Part shown: positions 12,201 to 24,800 of the stretch, piece by piece
Numbering within the stretch: position 1 is the first letter of the stretch
How the letters are laid out: each line of letters starts with the position of its first letter
NCBI GenBank assembly: GCA_002104905.1
Contig: MCFE01000240.1
Location: 1 to 64,000 of the forward strand
Direction: 5' to 3'
Source of the DNA: Basidiobolus meristosporus CBS 931.73
Taxonomy: Eukaryota; Fungi; Basidiobolomycota
DNA: 64,000 nucleotides
Notes under the pieces: generated by a model
Seen by the model: the letters and a program-made list of their open reading frames with translations, nothing else
What the model was told of the DNA's origin: nothing
The model's database searches: none
Translations under genes and position numbers: made by a program

Positions 12201-12791
12201 TTAGTTGCAGCAGTTTTCTGCTTCTCTTAGCCAGTCCTCCCTCAGCATGGCGTACACATAATGGTCAACCAATTGGCCCTGCAAACATTCGGTCCGTATT
12301 TGCTCCTCTCTCTTGAAATGTAATCTCTCAGGGATCGCCCTACTCTTGAGATTTCCAAAAGCGCAGTGGATCTCCACTCGATTTATCTCAAGGTCAACGA
12401 ATAACCTATCTACCAGATATCTGGTGGCACTGGTCATTAGCCCCTGCCCGAGGAACTCTTTACCCAACCAGTAGCCGAGGGTTGCGTAGGAATTGGTCCA
12501 GTTGATCTTGTGAACCCCCAAAACCCCGGCGAGGACCTTGTCAGAGTACACGCCTAGTTGTAGGCCGTTGTTCTCCTGGAGTTGTTGCTCCGCGTCTAGA
12601 ATGAACTTCCTGGAATCCTCGGCCGTTTTCACCGAATCCAGCCACGGTAAAAAGACCGAAAGGTGGGCCCGCGAGCTATCGGTTAAAGCAAACAACCCCT
12701 CTGCCTCGGTGGGTGACAAGGGTTTGATACTGCAATGGTTGGTCACTTTTGTGCAGCTGTTTGAAAATACGTCAATCAGCTTCGATGGCAT
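12201..12791 (-). CDS. RimJ/RimL-family GNAT N-acetyltransferase (YdaF-like), bacterial-type
   Basis: Intronless. 'HLSVFLPWL', 'INWTNSYATLGYWLGKEFLGQGLMT' (acetyl-CoA motif) and 'NRVEIHCAFGNLKSRAIPERLHF' match the RimL/YdaF pattern. ATG at 12791, or an upstream ATG at 12884. Confidence 0.85.
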   Translation of the reverse strand: MPSKLIDVFSNSCTKVTNHCSIKPLSPTEAEGLFALTDSSRAHLSVFLPWLDSVKTAEDSRKFILDAEQQLQENNGLQLGVYSDKVLAGVLGVHKINWTNSYATLGYWLGKEFLGQGLMTSATRYLVDRLFVDLEINRVEIHCAFGNLKSRAIPERLHFKREEQIRTECLQGQLVDHYVYAMLREDWLREAENCCN

Positions 12792-13231
12792 GCCAAGTTC
12801 TGTAGTGGTAGAGATTGGTTGAGAAATCACGGAGCTGGTGGGAATGCAGATAATATTTATTCCACCACCTGAAGTTAGCAGCATTGGGCAGAAAAGTAAC
12901 CCGACCGCAGACAAAACGAGAGGTGCCGTTTCAATGCATTATTTCTCGAGATACACGATTGGTGGAGTCGAGCGGGATTCATCCCTCTGGGTACATGATG
13001 CAGGATGATGTAAGAAAGTCAATTATCCTTCGGATGATCATGGGATTCAAGCACCTATATGACTGCTACAGAGTCTACCACTTTCCAATTGCAAGATGAG
13101 ATCAAGATGGATTTATCATAATCATCGATGTGATTGGATGGTTTCTGCTTACTAGATTAAATGGGAAATCCTGGAATATTGCTGGTTCAATTAAGAAACA
13201 CACTCTCGCTCCTCTCCCAGCTGTTCTAACC

Positions 13232-14541
13232 ATGCGTACTGAAGTCGAGAGTTCCAAACATACAATTCACACCCCTTTGCTACGGAGCGAAGAGACCAGA
13301 GAGGAAGGTGGTGGGAATGTTTCGCGCGGCACCTCCAACATGGTTCTTGGCGCTGGGGTGTTGAGTATCTGTATAGCGACATTTACTCTCCAGACAGTAA
13401 GTTGAAGAGGCACTTTCCCGAATTACTTTGCTTCGATCAAATCTCCGCACGGACAGTAACCTTTCCCGTTGAAAATAGGAAATCGCGCAACACGTTCAGG
13501 CCGGAATGAGTTATCAAAAGCCGTACTTCATACTGTAGGTGCAGCAGTTTCTCCCCCTGCAATATTCTAGTCTATCTAACCACGTAAGTCTCGAACGATA
13601 GCTGGGTCGCCCACTCATTCTACCTGTTCTTGATCCCATTCCAACTCCTGGTCAACCGGGTCAAGGGAATATCGTATCGCGAGTCCTACAACGAGTTTAG
13701 GCACAGCCTTGAGGATATCTACGATTCGTTTCACGAGCGGGATTCGGCCCCTTCGCAGGCAGCCAACCGACACACCTTCGCCCACCTGCTGAAAATCGGG
13801 CTATTCCTGACGTTGATTTTCACCACCGCAGCCTTCCTATGGTACGTCTCCATCTCCTTCACGACAATGGCCAAGTTGACCGCGATCTACAACACCGCCT
13901 GTTTCTTCGCCTACGCGTTCTCCACGTGGCTGTTAAAGGAAGAGGTGAGCAGGTACAAGGTGTTGGCGGTGTTCCTGAGTATCACGGGGGTGGTCATCAT
14001 CTCGCTAGATCTCAGCGGTACGCCCGACGTCAACACCGGCGAGAGCTCCACTTTGATAGGGGACATCATAGCATGTGTGTGTGCGTCCCTCATCGGACTT
14101 TACGAGGTGCTGTACAAGAAATATGCGGTCCCCAAGCAGACCTCCATCTCGTTCGCCAACTTCTTTACCGGGATCATCGGCACCATCACCTTCCTCTGCT
14201 TCTGGATCCCCATCCCGATCTTTCACTTCCTGAACATCGAGCTGTTCGCCTTGCCAGACTGGAAGACGGGCTTGTTCTTGCTAGCCAACGCATCCATGGG
14301 GCTCATTTACAACGCATGCTTCATGATCGTGATTGCACTCACCTCGCCAACATTCGCCGCTGTCGGGGTGATGTTGACCATTCCCGTGGTGGCTGTGACG
14401 GACATGCTGGTCACATCCACGCCCATCAGCTTGGCTTACGTGCTGGGTGGCGTTTGCATCTTCGTAGGCTTTGGTGCCCTGCTGTCTGCCGACTTGCACG
14501 ACTCCGCCAAGAATGAGAATGGATCGGAAGAGGGCTTCTGA
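13232..14541 (+). CDS. EamA/DMT superfamily transporter (SLC35F/Thi74-like), multi-exon
   Basis: ATG 13232. GT donors at ~13397 and after 'YQKPYFIL' (SLC35F-type YxKPF motif), AG acceptor before 'WVAHSF'. Final exon has about 8 TM helices with 'TAIYNTACFFAYAFS' and 'TSPTFAAVGVMLTIP'. Confidence 0.85.
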
Positions 14542-14768
14542 AGCAAGATCCCCTCCCCCTCCCACTTCCACTCCCCATCACCTCTCCACCACTTGTAATT
14601 AGTCCCCCCCCCCTCAAAAGCCATCAGCAACAATAAAGTTTGGTCAACCGCAGAGGCTCGCCGTTTGGTTCGAATGAAACGGTTTATTTCCGCTGTGCCG
14701 GATATAAGAAATGTCATCAAGCAATACATAGGGAGTGCGAATGTGAGGGGCCAGCCCAGGAAGGGGAC

Positions 14769-15593
14769 TCAGGATTTTGATAGAATCAGGAAAGTAGCCC
14801 GTCGCAACAGACGTTCGGTCAGGTTCCCCGGTTTCCGGACGGTCGTGGGTTTCAGGGCGCTCTTGGCTGGGATCGACAAGAGGGGGATCTTCAGCGGATC
14901 AGAAACGGTGGAGGATGGCGCATCCGGGTCGAATGGGCACACCATATCAACGTTGTTGAACTTCAGCTTGCGTTGATGCGTGTCTCCGGGCAAGGTTTTG
15001 TCGAAAGAGATTTTCCGTTTGATTTTGGTGATCTGGTGGTCGAGGATGCTTGGTTTCCGGGTGAGTCGGACCTTGCTTCTGCGCCTCTCCTGGATCTCGT
15101 AGCGCACGGCAGATGCGGTGGAGTGGTCAAGTACGGTCAGGCCGTCGGGGACCCTGGGGTGTTTCTGGATTTCCTTCATTAATTTCAGCTCGTTGGCCAC
15201 TTGACGTTTATCGCTGATAGTCATATGAAAGATCATCTCCTTGGTGCCCTCGCTCACGAGGTACCCGTATTTGGTCAAGGTCTGGTTGTGGTGCATCTTG
15301 TACTTGTACCGGAAGAGATACTGCTCCGAGCCCGGGTAGATCTCAGTATACTCATATCCGTTCCCCTTGACCAGGGGGAAGTAAAATCGTGTATACGTTG
15401 AGAAATCCATGACCTGAGCAATATGAAACGGAACAAACGACGTCTGCTGAGCGCGGCCCCCGGTTATATACCCGTCTGTTTCAACGTGGTGAACGAACAT
15501 GAATGATAACATGCGCAGTTTCACAATAGCACACAATGGCCCTCTCCGGAGGCTCGTGGAGATCCGCAAATTCCCCGTGAACACTCCGCACAT
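14769..15593 (-). CDS. Hypothetical protein, up to 274 aa (true ATG probably internal)
   Basis: Long GC-rich ORF with codon bias like neighbouring genes. No recognisable domain; basic C-terminal half. Confidence 0.6.
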   Translation of the reverse strand: MCGVFTGNLRISTSLRRGPLCAIVKLRMLSFMFVHHVETDGYITGGRAQQTSFVPFHIAQVMDFSTYTRFYFPLVKGNGYEYTEIYPGSEQYLFRYKYKMHHNQTLTKYGYLVSEGTKEMIFHMTISDKRQVANELKLMKEIQKHPRVPDGLTVLDHSTASAVRYEIQERRRSKVRLTRKPSILDHQITKIKRKISFDKTLPGDTHQRKLKFNNVDMVCPFDPDAPSSTVSDPLKIPLLSIPAKSALKPTTVRKPGNLTERLLRRATFLILSKS

Positions 15594-15901
15594 TCAACCC
15601 GTTTCAGGAAGGCTCGTCGATTTGCATGGCGTTTGATTATGGAGTTGGTCTGGACAACGCACAATGGGCCATGACCTTCTTACCGTGCCTATGAAACAAT
15701 GTTCAAACAACTGCATCAATATGATGAGGTGGATCGATTTAGCAAAGCGTTTAATGTGGCTTTTGATGAGGTGGACTGACGGTACTAAGCATTGAATATG
15801 GTTTTGGATGGGGTGGAATGAAGCATTTAATCAGATGGCGTGGAATGAAGCATTTAATAAGATGGTGTGCGGGGGCAATGAAGGAAATGAAATGCCGGAA
15901 A

Positions 15902-17977
15902 TTATGAATCGATTGTGTGCACTTGGTAGACCTCGCGATCTCTCTGAAGCTCGATGTGCTCCATGGCCTCGTTGATTTTTCGGAAGAACCGGTGGGGCCC
16001 GATGTGATCTATCAGACCAGAACGGGTGAATGTCTCCTTGCAGTTTTCCCGGAGCTTGACGAAATAGATGATCACCCCGCGTCGATGATAGTCGTCCACA
16101 ATCTCCAGGAGAATTTGCGCTGCGCTCGCATCGATCTCCGGCATGTTGCCGCCGTCGAAGATAACGTAGGAGGTAGGGGGGATTCTAGGCTCCTCAGAGG
16201 GGTGTACGTTGTCATCCCCAAACTGCTCCACTCTGCGAAGGCGGTCCTTCAGCTGGCCGGTGTTGGCGAAGAACAGGGCCTCCTGGATCTGAATCAGCTG
16301 GACTCCTTGGACTTGTTCTGCCTCTGGATATTCCTTGATGGGCTTGAACTTGTCCTCGCCGGGGATCTTCCCCATGATTAGGATCTTGGGTCTGGTGCTC
16401 TTCTTGACGACCAAGAGTAGAGAAAGTCCAACCGAAGTGAAGGTGCCAGCCTCGATGGAGATCGCCATGGTTACGAGGAAAGTTATCAGCAATAATGTCA
16501 GATCGCCCCAAGAGCGCATATGGATGATGTACCGCAGCTCCTTGGGCGCTTCAACCAAAAGAGATACTCCGGCTACAAAGATGAGCGAGGAGAGTACCGC
16601 CTTGGGCAGATAACGCAATGAAGGGAGGAAATACGACACCGCCACAAGACCTATCACACCGGTCATGAGGCCTGAGAGTTGACTCCGCCCACCAACTTGG
16701 TTATTTAGCTTGCTGCGAGCCACCGAACCAAATGCCGGCCATGTCTGGAAGAGTGATCCGACGATGTTGGCAACACCAAGTGCGACCAGCTCTCGGTTAG
16801 GCGACACGCTGTAGTTGTGCTGGATGGCATAGGTCTTGGTGATCGCAGCAGAAATCACGAAGCCCATGATGGAGGTTAGCACGGCAGGGATCAATACGTC
16901 GTGGATTCTCTCCGCGTCTAGTAGAGGAGGGATCCTGGGGGTGGGGATTTTACCATGTTCTAGAGGACCGAGAATCATGACACCATCCTCATCCCACTTG
17001 TAATGCTTGCAGAAGATGGTAGAGAGTACACATACGATGAGGAACTCAGGAACGTATTGAAACCATTTCACCTGGCTACGCCTCTTGAGCGCTTGCATGG
17101 AAAACAAGAACAGCAGCGACGCTCCGGAGAGTAGCGCCGTCTGCCAATGGATGTAGCCGAGATTCTCCAAGATAAACAGAAATTTCGACACTGTCGAGCC
17201 GCCGTGCCGGCTGCCTGGGAGTTTATCCAGCCCTAATAATGTCACTGATTGACCGACAATGATGATCACCGCCAATGCTGTAATGAATCCTCGAAGTAGT
17301 GAGCGCGACAGAATCGAATCGAGGAAGCCAACTCTGAACAGCCCTAACAGGAGGGTAAATAGCCCAACTAGAAATCCGACCACCGTCACTGCTGCGATCG
17401 ATTCAGCGAATATCTCGTCGGGATCGGTAAGGTCAGCGGTTCTAATCGAGACCGCGGAGCCGACAAGCATGGCGATAAGCGCTTCAGGCCCAATGGAGAT
17501 TTGTCTATAAAGAAGTCCTGCTTAAAAAGGCTTGCCTGCAAGATACACTGGAGCACGAAAGCACCTTACCTGGACGTACCGAACAGTGCGTAAACGATCA
17601 ATGGGACGCAGGTGACATAAAGGCCATATACAGGAGGCAAGTGTACGATGGCGGAAGCATAGGAAAGACCCTGTGGAATACTTAAGCAAGCGACCGTCAG
17701 TGCGGCTAGGAAATCCGAAGGGAACGTTTTTAGGTCGTAGTTCGGGATCCAGTAGAGTGAAGGGATGTAGTATCTCAACCGAGTAAAGAATTTGCTACTA
17801 TTGGATACGTTCTGCTCTTGACTGCTGTTATTTGAGCCTGGAGAGAGGTTAGTGCCGCTGAGATTTCAAAGAACATGGTCAGGGGACCTTACCATCGTAT
17901 TGGTAATGCTGCTGTGCGAAGGGGGTGGTTTCGAACGAGTCGGCGTCCGAATCGGCTAGATTCAATCTTCTTGCCAT
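15902..17977 (-). CDS. SLC26/SulP sulfate (anion) transporter with STAS domain, 3 exons
   Basis: ATG 17977 (MARRLNLADSD), GTAAGG intron at ~17893. 'DFLAALTVACLSIPQGLSYA' and 'PPVYGLY...YALFGTSR' form the SulP signature. STAS region includes 'LFFANTGQLKD' and 'IDASAAQIL'. Confidence 0.92.
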
Positions 17978-18573
17978 TCTATGGTGTTCAGAGGCTGTCT
18001 TGTGGCAAGAATGGTGGTATATGGGATAACCAGGACCGTTTGTTTGATGTGTGGATGGTTGTCATCGTGAGTGGCATTGAATGATATATATATATGGTCC
18101 AGTAATTAGGTAACATTAGCTTCTAATCCAACGGGTCACGTGTGCGCACTCATGCCAAACATCCATCCCAAGTGGGTGATGAGCAAAAATGCTCGATGAA
18201 ACCGCACTAGCAAACAAATATCCTCTTGAGCCAAGCTGGTATTCAATATAACAACGGAACAAAAGAAGATTGACCTGCCAATCTAGACGGTTCCCAACCC
18301 ACTTATTCTCACCGTGGTCGGTTCGTTCGCAGAACAACATCAATGGAACGAAGCATTTATCGAGTATCAAGTATCGAGCTCATCTACATCTCCACTTCGT
18401 CCCCAACAATCTCTGCGTGAGTCACTTAACTTGATTTGTAAGGTAGGGTGCGTCGAGTATGCGGTACACAATTCCCAAATCACCTACGAAGTGGTGAGTG
18501 ATTTCATTGTCATTTCCTAATTGGGCGGGGGTGGATCTGGTTTGAGAGGTAAAATACTGGTTTGTTTCTTACA

Positions 18574-18652
18574 GGGATAATTACGCAGTAATTTTACCCA
18601 TCATAGTGATGGGAAATTTACGCGGTTGTCATTGCTGGGATATTTACGTAGT
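18574..18652. promoter_or_regulatory. Three 16-bp direct repeats, consensus GGGAWAWTTACGYRGT, upstream of the SLC26 gene
   Basis: gggataattacgcagt (18574-18589), gggaaatttacgcggt (18611-18626), gggatatttacgtagt (18637-18652). Regulatory role is inferred. Confidence 0.45.
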
Positions 18653-19142
18653 TAATTGAATGGATCTTCTCCTCACTCATGGTTGGCTATATCGTAGGTC
18701 CCATCGAAATTCTACCTGTCAGATAGGTGCTTCCCTTGGACCAACAGAGATTTGGCTGATGGTCTAGTTCCCGAATACTCTCTCTCCCTTATCGCGACGT
18801 TCTGGAATTGGCTCCGTGGATAAGGCGAGCTAGAGAACGACGCAGATAGCCGTCTCTAGTCGCGCCTGGGAATTCCAGTTATTGGGTGACCGATTGCATC
18901 AGCTTCATTCTAGAGCCGACCCAAAATGCAACAACAGATGCGCTTGTTTATCAATCCCGAAAAGAAGGGAAGGTTCAGACGTAACGTATTCGGGTTTATT
19001 TTATCTCTTCTAGACAGAAAATCTCCTGTATAATTAAGGCCAGTCTATTATCAAGTGTATGTATCAGCTGGCTCACATCCATAGGTGTACATATGAAAGT
19101 AGTATGATGCAAATTAAGGAAAAACAATGCTGCAGATCACGC

Positions 19143-20588
19143 TCAGAGCCCCTCTACGATGGAGCTTGCGGGTGTGTTCTCGTACACGATTTGGTAGATT
19201 CTTGTGAACAGTGGGAACCTAAATGGGGCAAGATGGGTGAGTGAGATGCGACACTAGCGTGGTTGATCAACGTCAACTTACTCGGCAGTCATGTTCTTGG
19301 CTTTGAGATAATCGTGAACCTCGTGGGCAGCCAATGTTCCTTGTAGTTTTTGTCCATTGAGCATCTCGCGTTCGAGTTCATCGAACGATCTTCCGGTAAC
19401 CACATGGGCCTCGGCAACTTTACGGTTTCTGCCGCCGGCACATGTGGTGATAAGATCGGCCACACCACAACTCTCGTAGAAGGTCTCCTCCTTGACACCC
19501 GACCAGAATGTGCAAGCAAATCGCTTCATCTCCATGAGACCAATTCTCATGATGGCAGCTTTGGTGTTTTCACCTAGCCTAGGGTGGAGAAGGTCGTTAG
19601 TAAGCACAAGGGAGGCGACGGGGAGTGGACATCTACAAGTCCGTGAGGCGCTTACTTCAAACCGTCAATGAATCCAGCACCAACAGCAACGATATTCTTC
19701 AAAGCACCGCAAATCTCCACACCAGCAACATCCTCAACCACGGTGATTCTGAAATAGGGGGTGTTGAAGAGCTTGTAGAACACCTCTCCATCTTCCTTTC
19801 TCTTCGAGCCAATGGTGGACTCACAGAACATCTCTTCTGCTACTTCGTTGGCGATGTTGGCACCAGACAGGACGCTGACCTCAATATTGAGGACATCGGC
19901 AATCACTTGGGAGAACAGCCTCATTCCATCGGCAGAGGCATCGAGTCCCTAAGGGATGGCAATCTCGATTAATCCCCATTCAGAGCAGGCGCTCCCTTTG
20001 TCAACTAATATAGCCAAGTACCTTGATCAAAGAAATAGCCCTGGCGTCGGGTCTAATGTTTCCGAGCAAGGACTTGCAAATCCCCTTCAAGAACTGTGGT
20101 TGAACGGTGTACGGGTTAGAGACGAGCAACCCCCTACACGGGCCAACCGAGGGTCAACACTTACCTGATGGGGCACCACGAAGATCAGGGTGGTGGCATC
20201 TCGGACGCATTCCAACAAGTCGGGGACGGCGACGATGCTCTCGGGTAGTTTGATTCCGGGCAAGTATCTAGAGGAAAGGGTAAAGTCAAGGGACAACTGC
20301 AACAGCGTCTGGTTCTTCCTCGCGGATTCAGGCTGGGAAAAGGATACTTGACGTTCTCGTGGTCGTTGTTGATGATTTCGGTGAGCTTTCGGCCGTCGAC
20401 CATCTCTTCGAAGACCCACATCCTAACTTCCTTATCAAACTCGGCATTTTGCAAGACGTTGCTGCCAACAATCTTGGCGATGGCAGATCCCCTATTGAAA
20501 GCGTGCTTAACAAACTGACCTAGTCAGGCCGGGTAGGTCGGACGTACCAATTTCCTGAACCGATAAGAGCGACTTTTTCTTGGGTCAT
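19143..20588 (-). CDS. GPD1: NAD-dependent glycerol-3-phosphate dehydrogenase, multi-exon
   Basis: [14 protein letters not shown] (GxGxxG), 'VRMWVFEE', 'HENVKYLPG', 'GANIANEVA', '[13 protein letters not shown]', '[19 protein letters not shown]' and last exon '[12 protein letters not shown]', separated by short GT-AG introns. Confidence 0.95.
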
Positions 20589-20833
20589 ATTTGCAGAGGG
20601 AGAGTGATATAAGGTTAACTCAAGTGCGAGGGGCGAGAAGTGACTATTTATTGGGAAAGCCAAGGAGGGGATCTCGCATTTATGTGGCAGAGACGATATT
20701 TAGTGTCGGATATAATAGTTAAATCGATAATTACTGATCATTCTAGTACGATCTTTTTCCAGCGGTTCTAATCGGACCTCTATCTGCAGGATCCTAATCC
20801 ACTTACTAAGCTCGAATCAGTGTGGGTGAGCAG

Positions 20834-20856
20834 GCGAGAGCGAGAGCGAGAGCGAG

Positions 20857-20885
<29 letters not shown>
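20834..20885. repeat. Hexanucleotide microsatellite (GCGAGA/GCGAGG)n
   Basis: About 9 units read directly, upstream of GPD1. Confidence 0.9.
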
Positions 20886-20888
<3 letters not shown>

Positions 20889-21837
20889 TGATGATATCAT
20901 ATCGCCTCGTGGATTTCCTTAGCAATGAACTGAGCGTGGCCTATCTGTTAGTGTTTCCTAATCAGAGGGATGACCAAGCTCCACCACGGAACACCACACA
21001 AGCTGGTTGATATTCATGTGTCTTCAGTAACCAGCACAAGTGGGAGTGTATGGACACACACCCAAATTAAATTAAAAGTAACCAATTGCCGCCATGTGAG
21101 GGACCTCGATGGGGTAGTCTCACGATGAGGGGATTTCAGTGGGGGAGATGCCACTGCTGACAGCCATAGTCATGCTTTCGGCTTATGCCATTGGGATTTC
21201 GACTTTACCCGGCTTATCTATGGGCCAACGGATTTATCGAGCAGTGCAACATCTATTCTACCGATTTCCCACAGCGGTCTGCGATGGAATTGACGGGTTG
21301 CCTTTTCCGGCGATTTAACTTTGTATCCCCTGCAACTGTCAGATTCTCAGGCAAATGCAGTCGCATGTATGACAGCAGTCCGCCCAAACCACCCAATCCC
21401 GTGCGCCAATGTGTGCGAGTTAAAATGCAAATGAATTCGGCAATTGACCATCAACTGGTGCTCCAGTCCAGATCCAATGCTAATCTCGCCGGAAACTTCT
21501 GTCTGGGTAGGTTACTAAATCGACCTCATTTATCTCTGCCCTAATCGATTGTTTACTAGTCGCTTGCTTGCCAGGCTAGATCCCACTGCCTGCCTCATGG
21601 TCTAAGCTGAGTGGTGGTGAAGCAGGATCGACGGTGGGGTGTCGGACTTTATCAGATGAGCATACCAAATACAGTGCTTAATTGTCTAGTGTTACATTGA
21701 CTAATGGTTACAGATCTAGGATGTGATTTAGCTGCATCAGTAATTCCATGGTTCTGCGTTTGGCATTGATGGGCGAGACGGTCTCCAGCACCCAACCACC
21801 GTTGTCGGACTGGACATCGCACTAGGAACAAGAAAAG

Positions 21838-24800
21838 TTAATCTCTGGGATGGACATTGCTGGATCTGTAGGGCCCAGGTACCTGAAGGGTGGTCTGCCT
21901 GATGTATGTGATCAGCAAATCGGCGAAGTGGTTCCATTCTTGCTGTAGTAGTGGAAGGCACATGTCGTCCGGATTGGATCCAAGCTTCGTTGGGTCTACC
22001 AGCGTGGTGAAAAAGGGGCAGTAATCCACCTGGTCTGGCGCTGGCTCCTCCCTCGGTAGATCCTGATCCTCCAGCCAGCTCAGGTATTTCCCGTGGAGTG
22101 ACTGTGGTTCGACCAGATCCGCCCTCGTCAACACGGTGCAGATCTTGGGGATCGTGATCGCCCCGTCGAGGATCAGGATGGAGTAGATCCTCTCCTGTTT
22201 GAATTGGATGAACTGCTCGACGAGGTTTTGCAGGTGGGAGGGAATGGATGTCACATCAATCTTGTAGGCCTCATAATCGATATGCATTTGCATGTGAGGA
22301 TCAGCCAGCGTTTCAATGGATTGGAAGATTCGTCGGCTCGCTTTCACATGCCAGATCTGAACTCCATCTTCGATACACAGTGTAATCTCCCCAGACAGGT
22401 TTGAGGCCCCGTCTATGATGCCGATGCCAACAATGGACCCCGTAATAGCCATACGTGGCTGCTCATGAAACACTCCTGGAATACGTCTAAGGCAGGGTGT
22501 GGTGGATGCGTTGCGGGTTGGGCTGGGTTCCAAAGCCATGGTCTTCGCATTGGGAAGTTGGGCTGTCATGACCAGAGGAGTCAGCGAGTATGGTGCGGGT
22601 GCGGGTGCGGGTGACTGGGTGAACAAATCGTTGTGTGCCACGCTTCCATGCTCGGGAATCTCTTCCGTAGAAGCGATCAACGTTTTCACATGGGCAGAAT
22701 TTCTATCAGGACAGCATTAGTATTGGCTTGAGCACAGATCAGTTAACCGCCCTTACTTTTTGATCCAATCCTCGATACACAATCCGGCCTGCCTGAGATG
22801 TGGAATCCGAACGAAAGGTTTGATCTCTGTATCTTGGGTAACGGATAGCACATGGATGTTGCGCACCGGATCATTTCTTATGTACAGTAAATTTACAAAT
22901 CCGAAAACGTCATTTGCCTAGAGCTCATTAGAATCCATCCATTCCAATCCATGGTATCGTTGAGGATTAGTACCTTTAAGCCTCCTGCTTTGCCATTGGT
23001 GTTGATCTGTATGATGGTTTGCGAGCAATCGGATGCGTAGACAGAGATGTCTTGTGGCTTCTCATTTGCGAGGCTTGCATAGCAATTGACGGAAAGCACC
23101 ATCAGGGCCATATCTACTTCTTGGCCTCTACTATAGCCACCGAGCTCGTCACATCCCGTCGCTCTTCTGGGGATGAACAGGGATTTAAGCTTGTCTTCCG
23201 AGGAGATCTTCATCTCTTTCCAGCTGGTGGTGCGACTGGCCGTCAGGTTTATTTGTTTCCGGGGGGAGAAGGAGGCGATCGTTTTGTTCGACGCGGAGAG
23301 GGAAAAAATCTGAACACCAGTCGGGGTCAGAATCTCAGCCACCAACATCCATGTTTCTATCCGACTTACTTTATATCTGTGGCCTTCGAGCAGCATATCA
23401 TAGATGCTCGGATCAGGTCTCCAGATTGTGATGTAGGCTTCGTTGGGATGTGTGATGCCTGGTCGGTCACAGATGCGTATCTTGAAGAATGGGACGACAT
23501 TCCGTTTCTGTTTAGAGCTCTAGTTCGATGGGTAAAATGGAAAATGAGCCAGAATCTATTGATTAATTTCAAGTACACATACCTCGAGGTGCTCATGTAT
23601 CTCTTGCATCATTTCATTTTGCTGGCGTTCCTTGTCTTGGAGCATGTATTGCTCAAGTCGAGCCCTTTGGACTGAGGTCAAACCTTCAAGGAATCCTGCA
23701 GGATCAACATGGTTTGACATCTCATCATGGAGCTCTTGTCCACTTTCCATATCGCTGATACCTGAGCTCTAAAGTTAGCGAGACGCCTTTTTCGATAGAA
23801 GCGGGAAAACTCACTCTTTCTCTTTCCCTTTCCCTTTCCTGAAGACTTTGGCGTATTACTTTTGCTAGGAGTGTATTTGTCAAAGAGAGAACTTGCCTCG
23901 GCAGCAATTCGATCCTAAGCCGTGCACATGTCAGTCACACAAACGTCCGTCTTTGTTGTGTTATACCGAGACCTACCTGGGTTTCCCTTTCCTTCACTTC
24001 CTCCTCTTTCGCGTTGCGGAAAATCTTGGTTCCGTCGGGCTGAATCTCCATATAGCACATTGGGTACTTGCGCATCACGATAGCATCGACGCTAGAAATT
24101 AAGCCACCATCAGGTGATATCGCCCCAAGAGTGATTTCGAACGCCTTTTTGCTATATCCGAGCTTTGCGTCCCATGGGGCTATTCTGCAGCTATTCGTGG
24201 TGATTTTGAGCGAAGTCGATTCGCTTACTTCCAGCGCTGGGGTGGCTTCCGTTGAACCCACCAACTATCCCAAGGAATGCATTAGATTTCGGTCTGCATG
24301 AACATCATCTATCACAAGCTCACCCGTGCGCCGATTATGGATAACTTGTAGCCGATTCGTAGCTTTCGAGAGTCAATGGCTCGTTGAAGGGGTTTGTCGA
24401 TATGTGTTCGTAGGGAGTACCAGCCGTCTGTCAGCTCAATCACATACTTGGCAACCTCTTGATTCGGCTCATCTGAATAATGGGGAGAGCGTCTTAGCGA
24501 TATGATCCATGCCGATCAAGGCCACTGATTGCGTTGCAAACCTGTAGAAGTCTCAACCAGAATGGTGTCTTTCGTATATGCCTCATTTCGGATTATTCCA
24601 GAGATACAAAGTACCATGGCTTTTGCTGGTGAATCATCACGTTCAATAATTCGTTTCAATGCTGATCGGTGACCAAGATTGATCTCTTTTTCATATCTAG
24701 ATGAACATGCCGTTTGATGTCAGTTTGTTACGTAACATGGGATTATGCTATGCCACACCAACCGGAATCGAAGTTGGTCCATCACTTTCTCTGGTGTCCA

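Noticed and set aside
13839-14516. Alternative-frame and antisense ORFs over the EamA, SLC26 and ABC genes
   Set aside because: Shadows of GC3-rich coding sequence with no homology motifs.
20822-21010. ORF with an ARARAR run
   Set aside because: Translation of the hexamer microsatellite; no other coding signal.
21185-21544. 119-aa ORF between GPD1 and the BRCA2 3' end
   Set aside because: No recognisable domain or codon bias; lies in the probable GPD1 upstream region.
21838-22689. 283-aa ORF as a separate gene
   Set aside because: It starts at a non-ATG codon just after a branch site and AG acceptor (~22700), consistent with the last BRCA2 exon.
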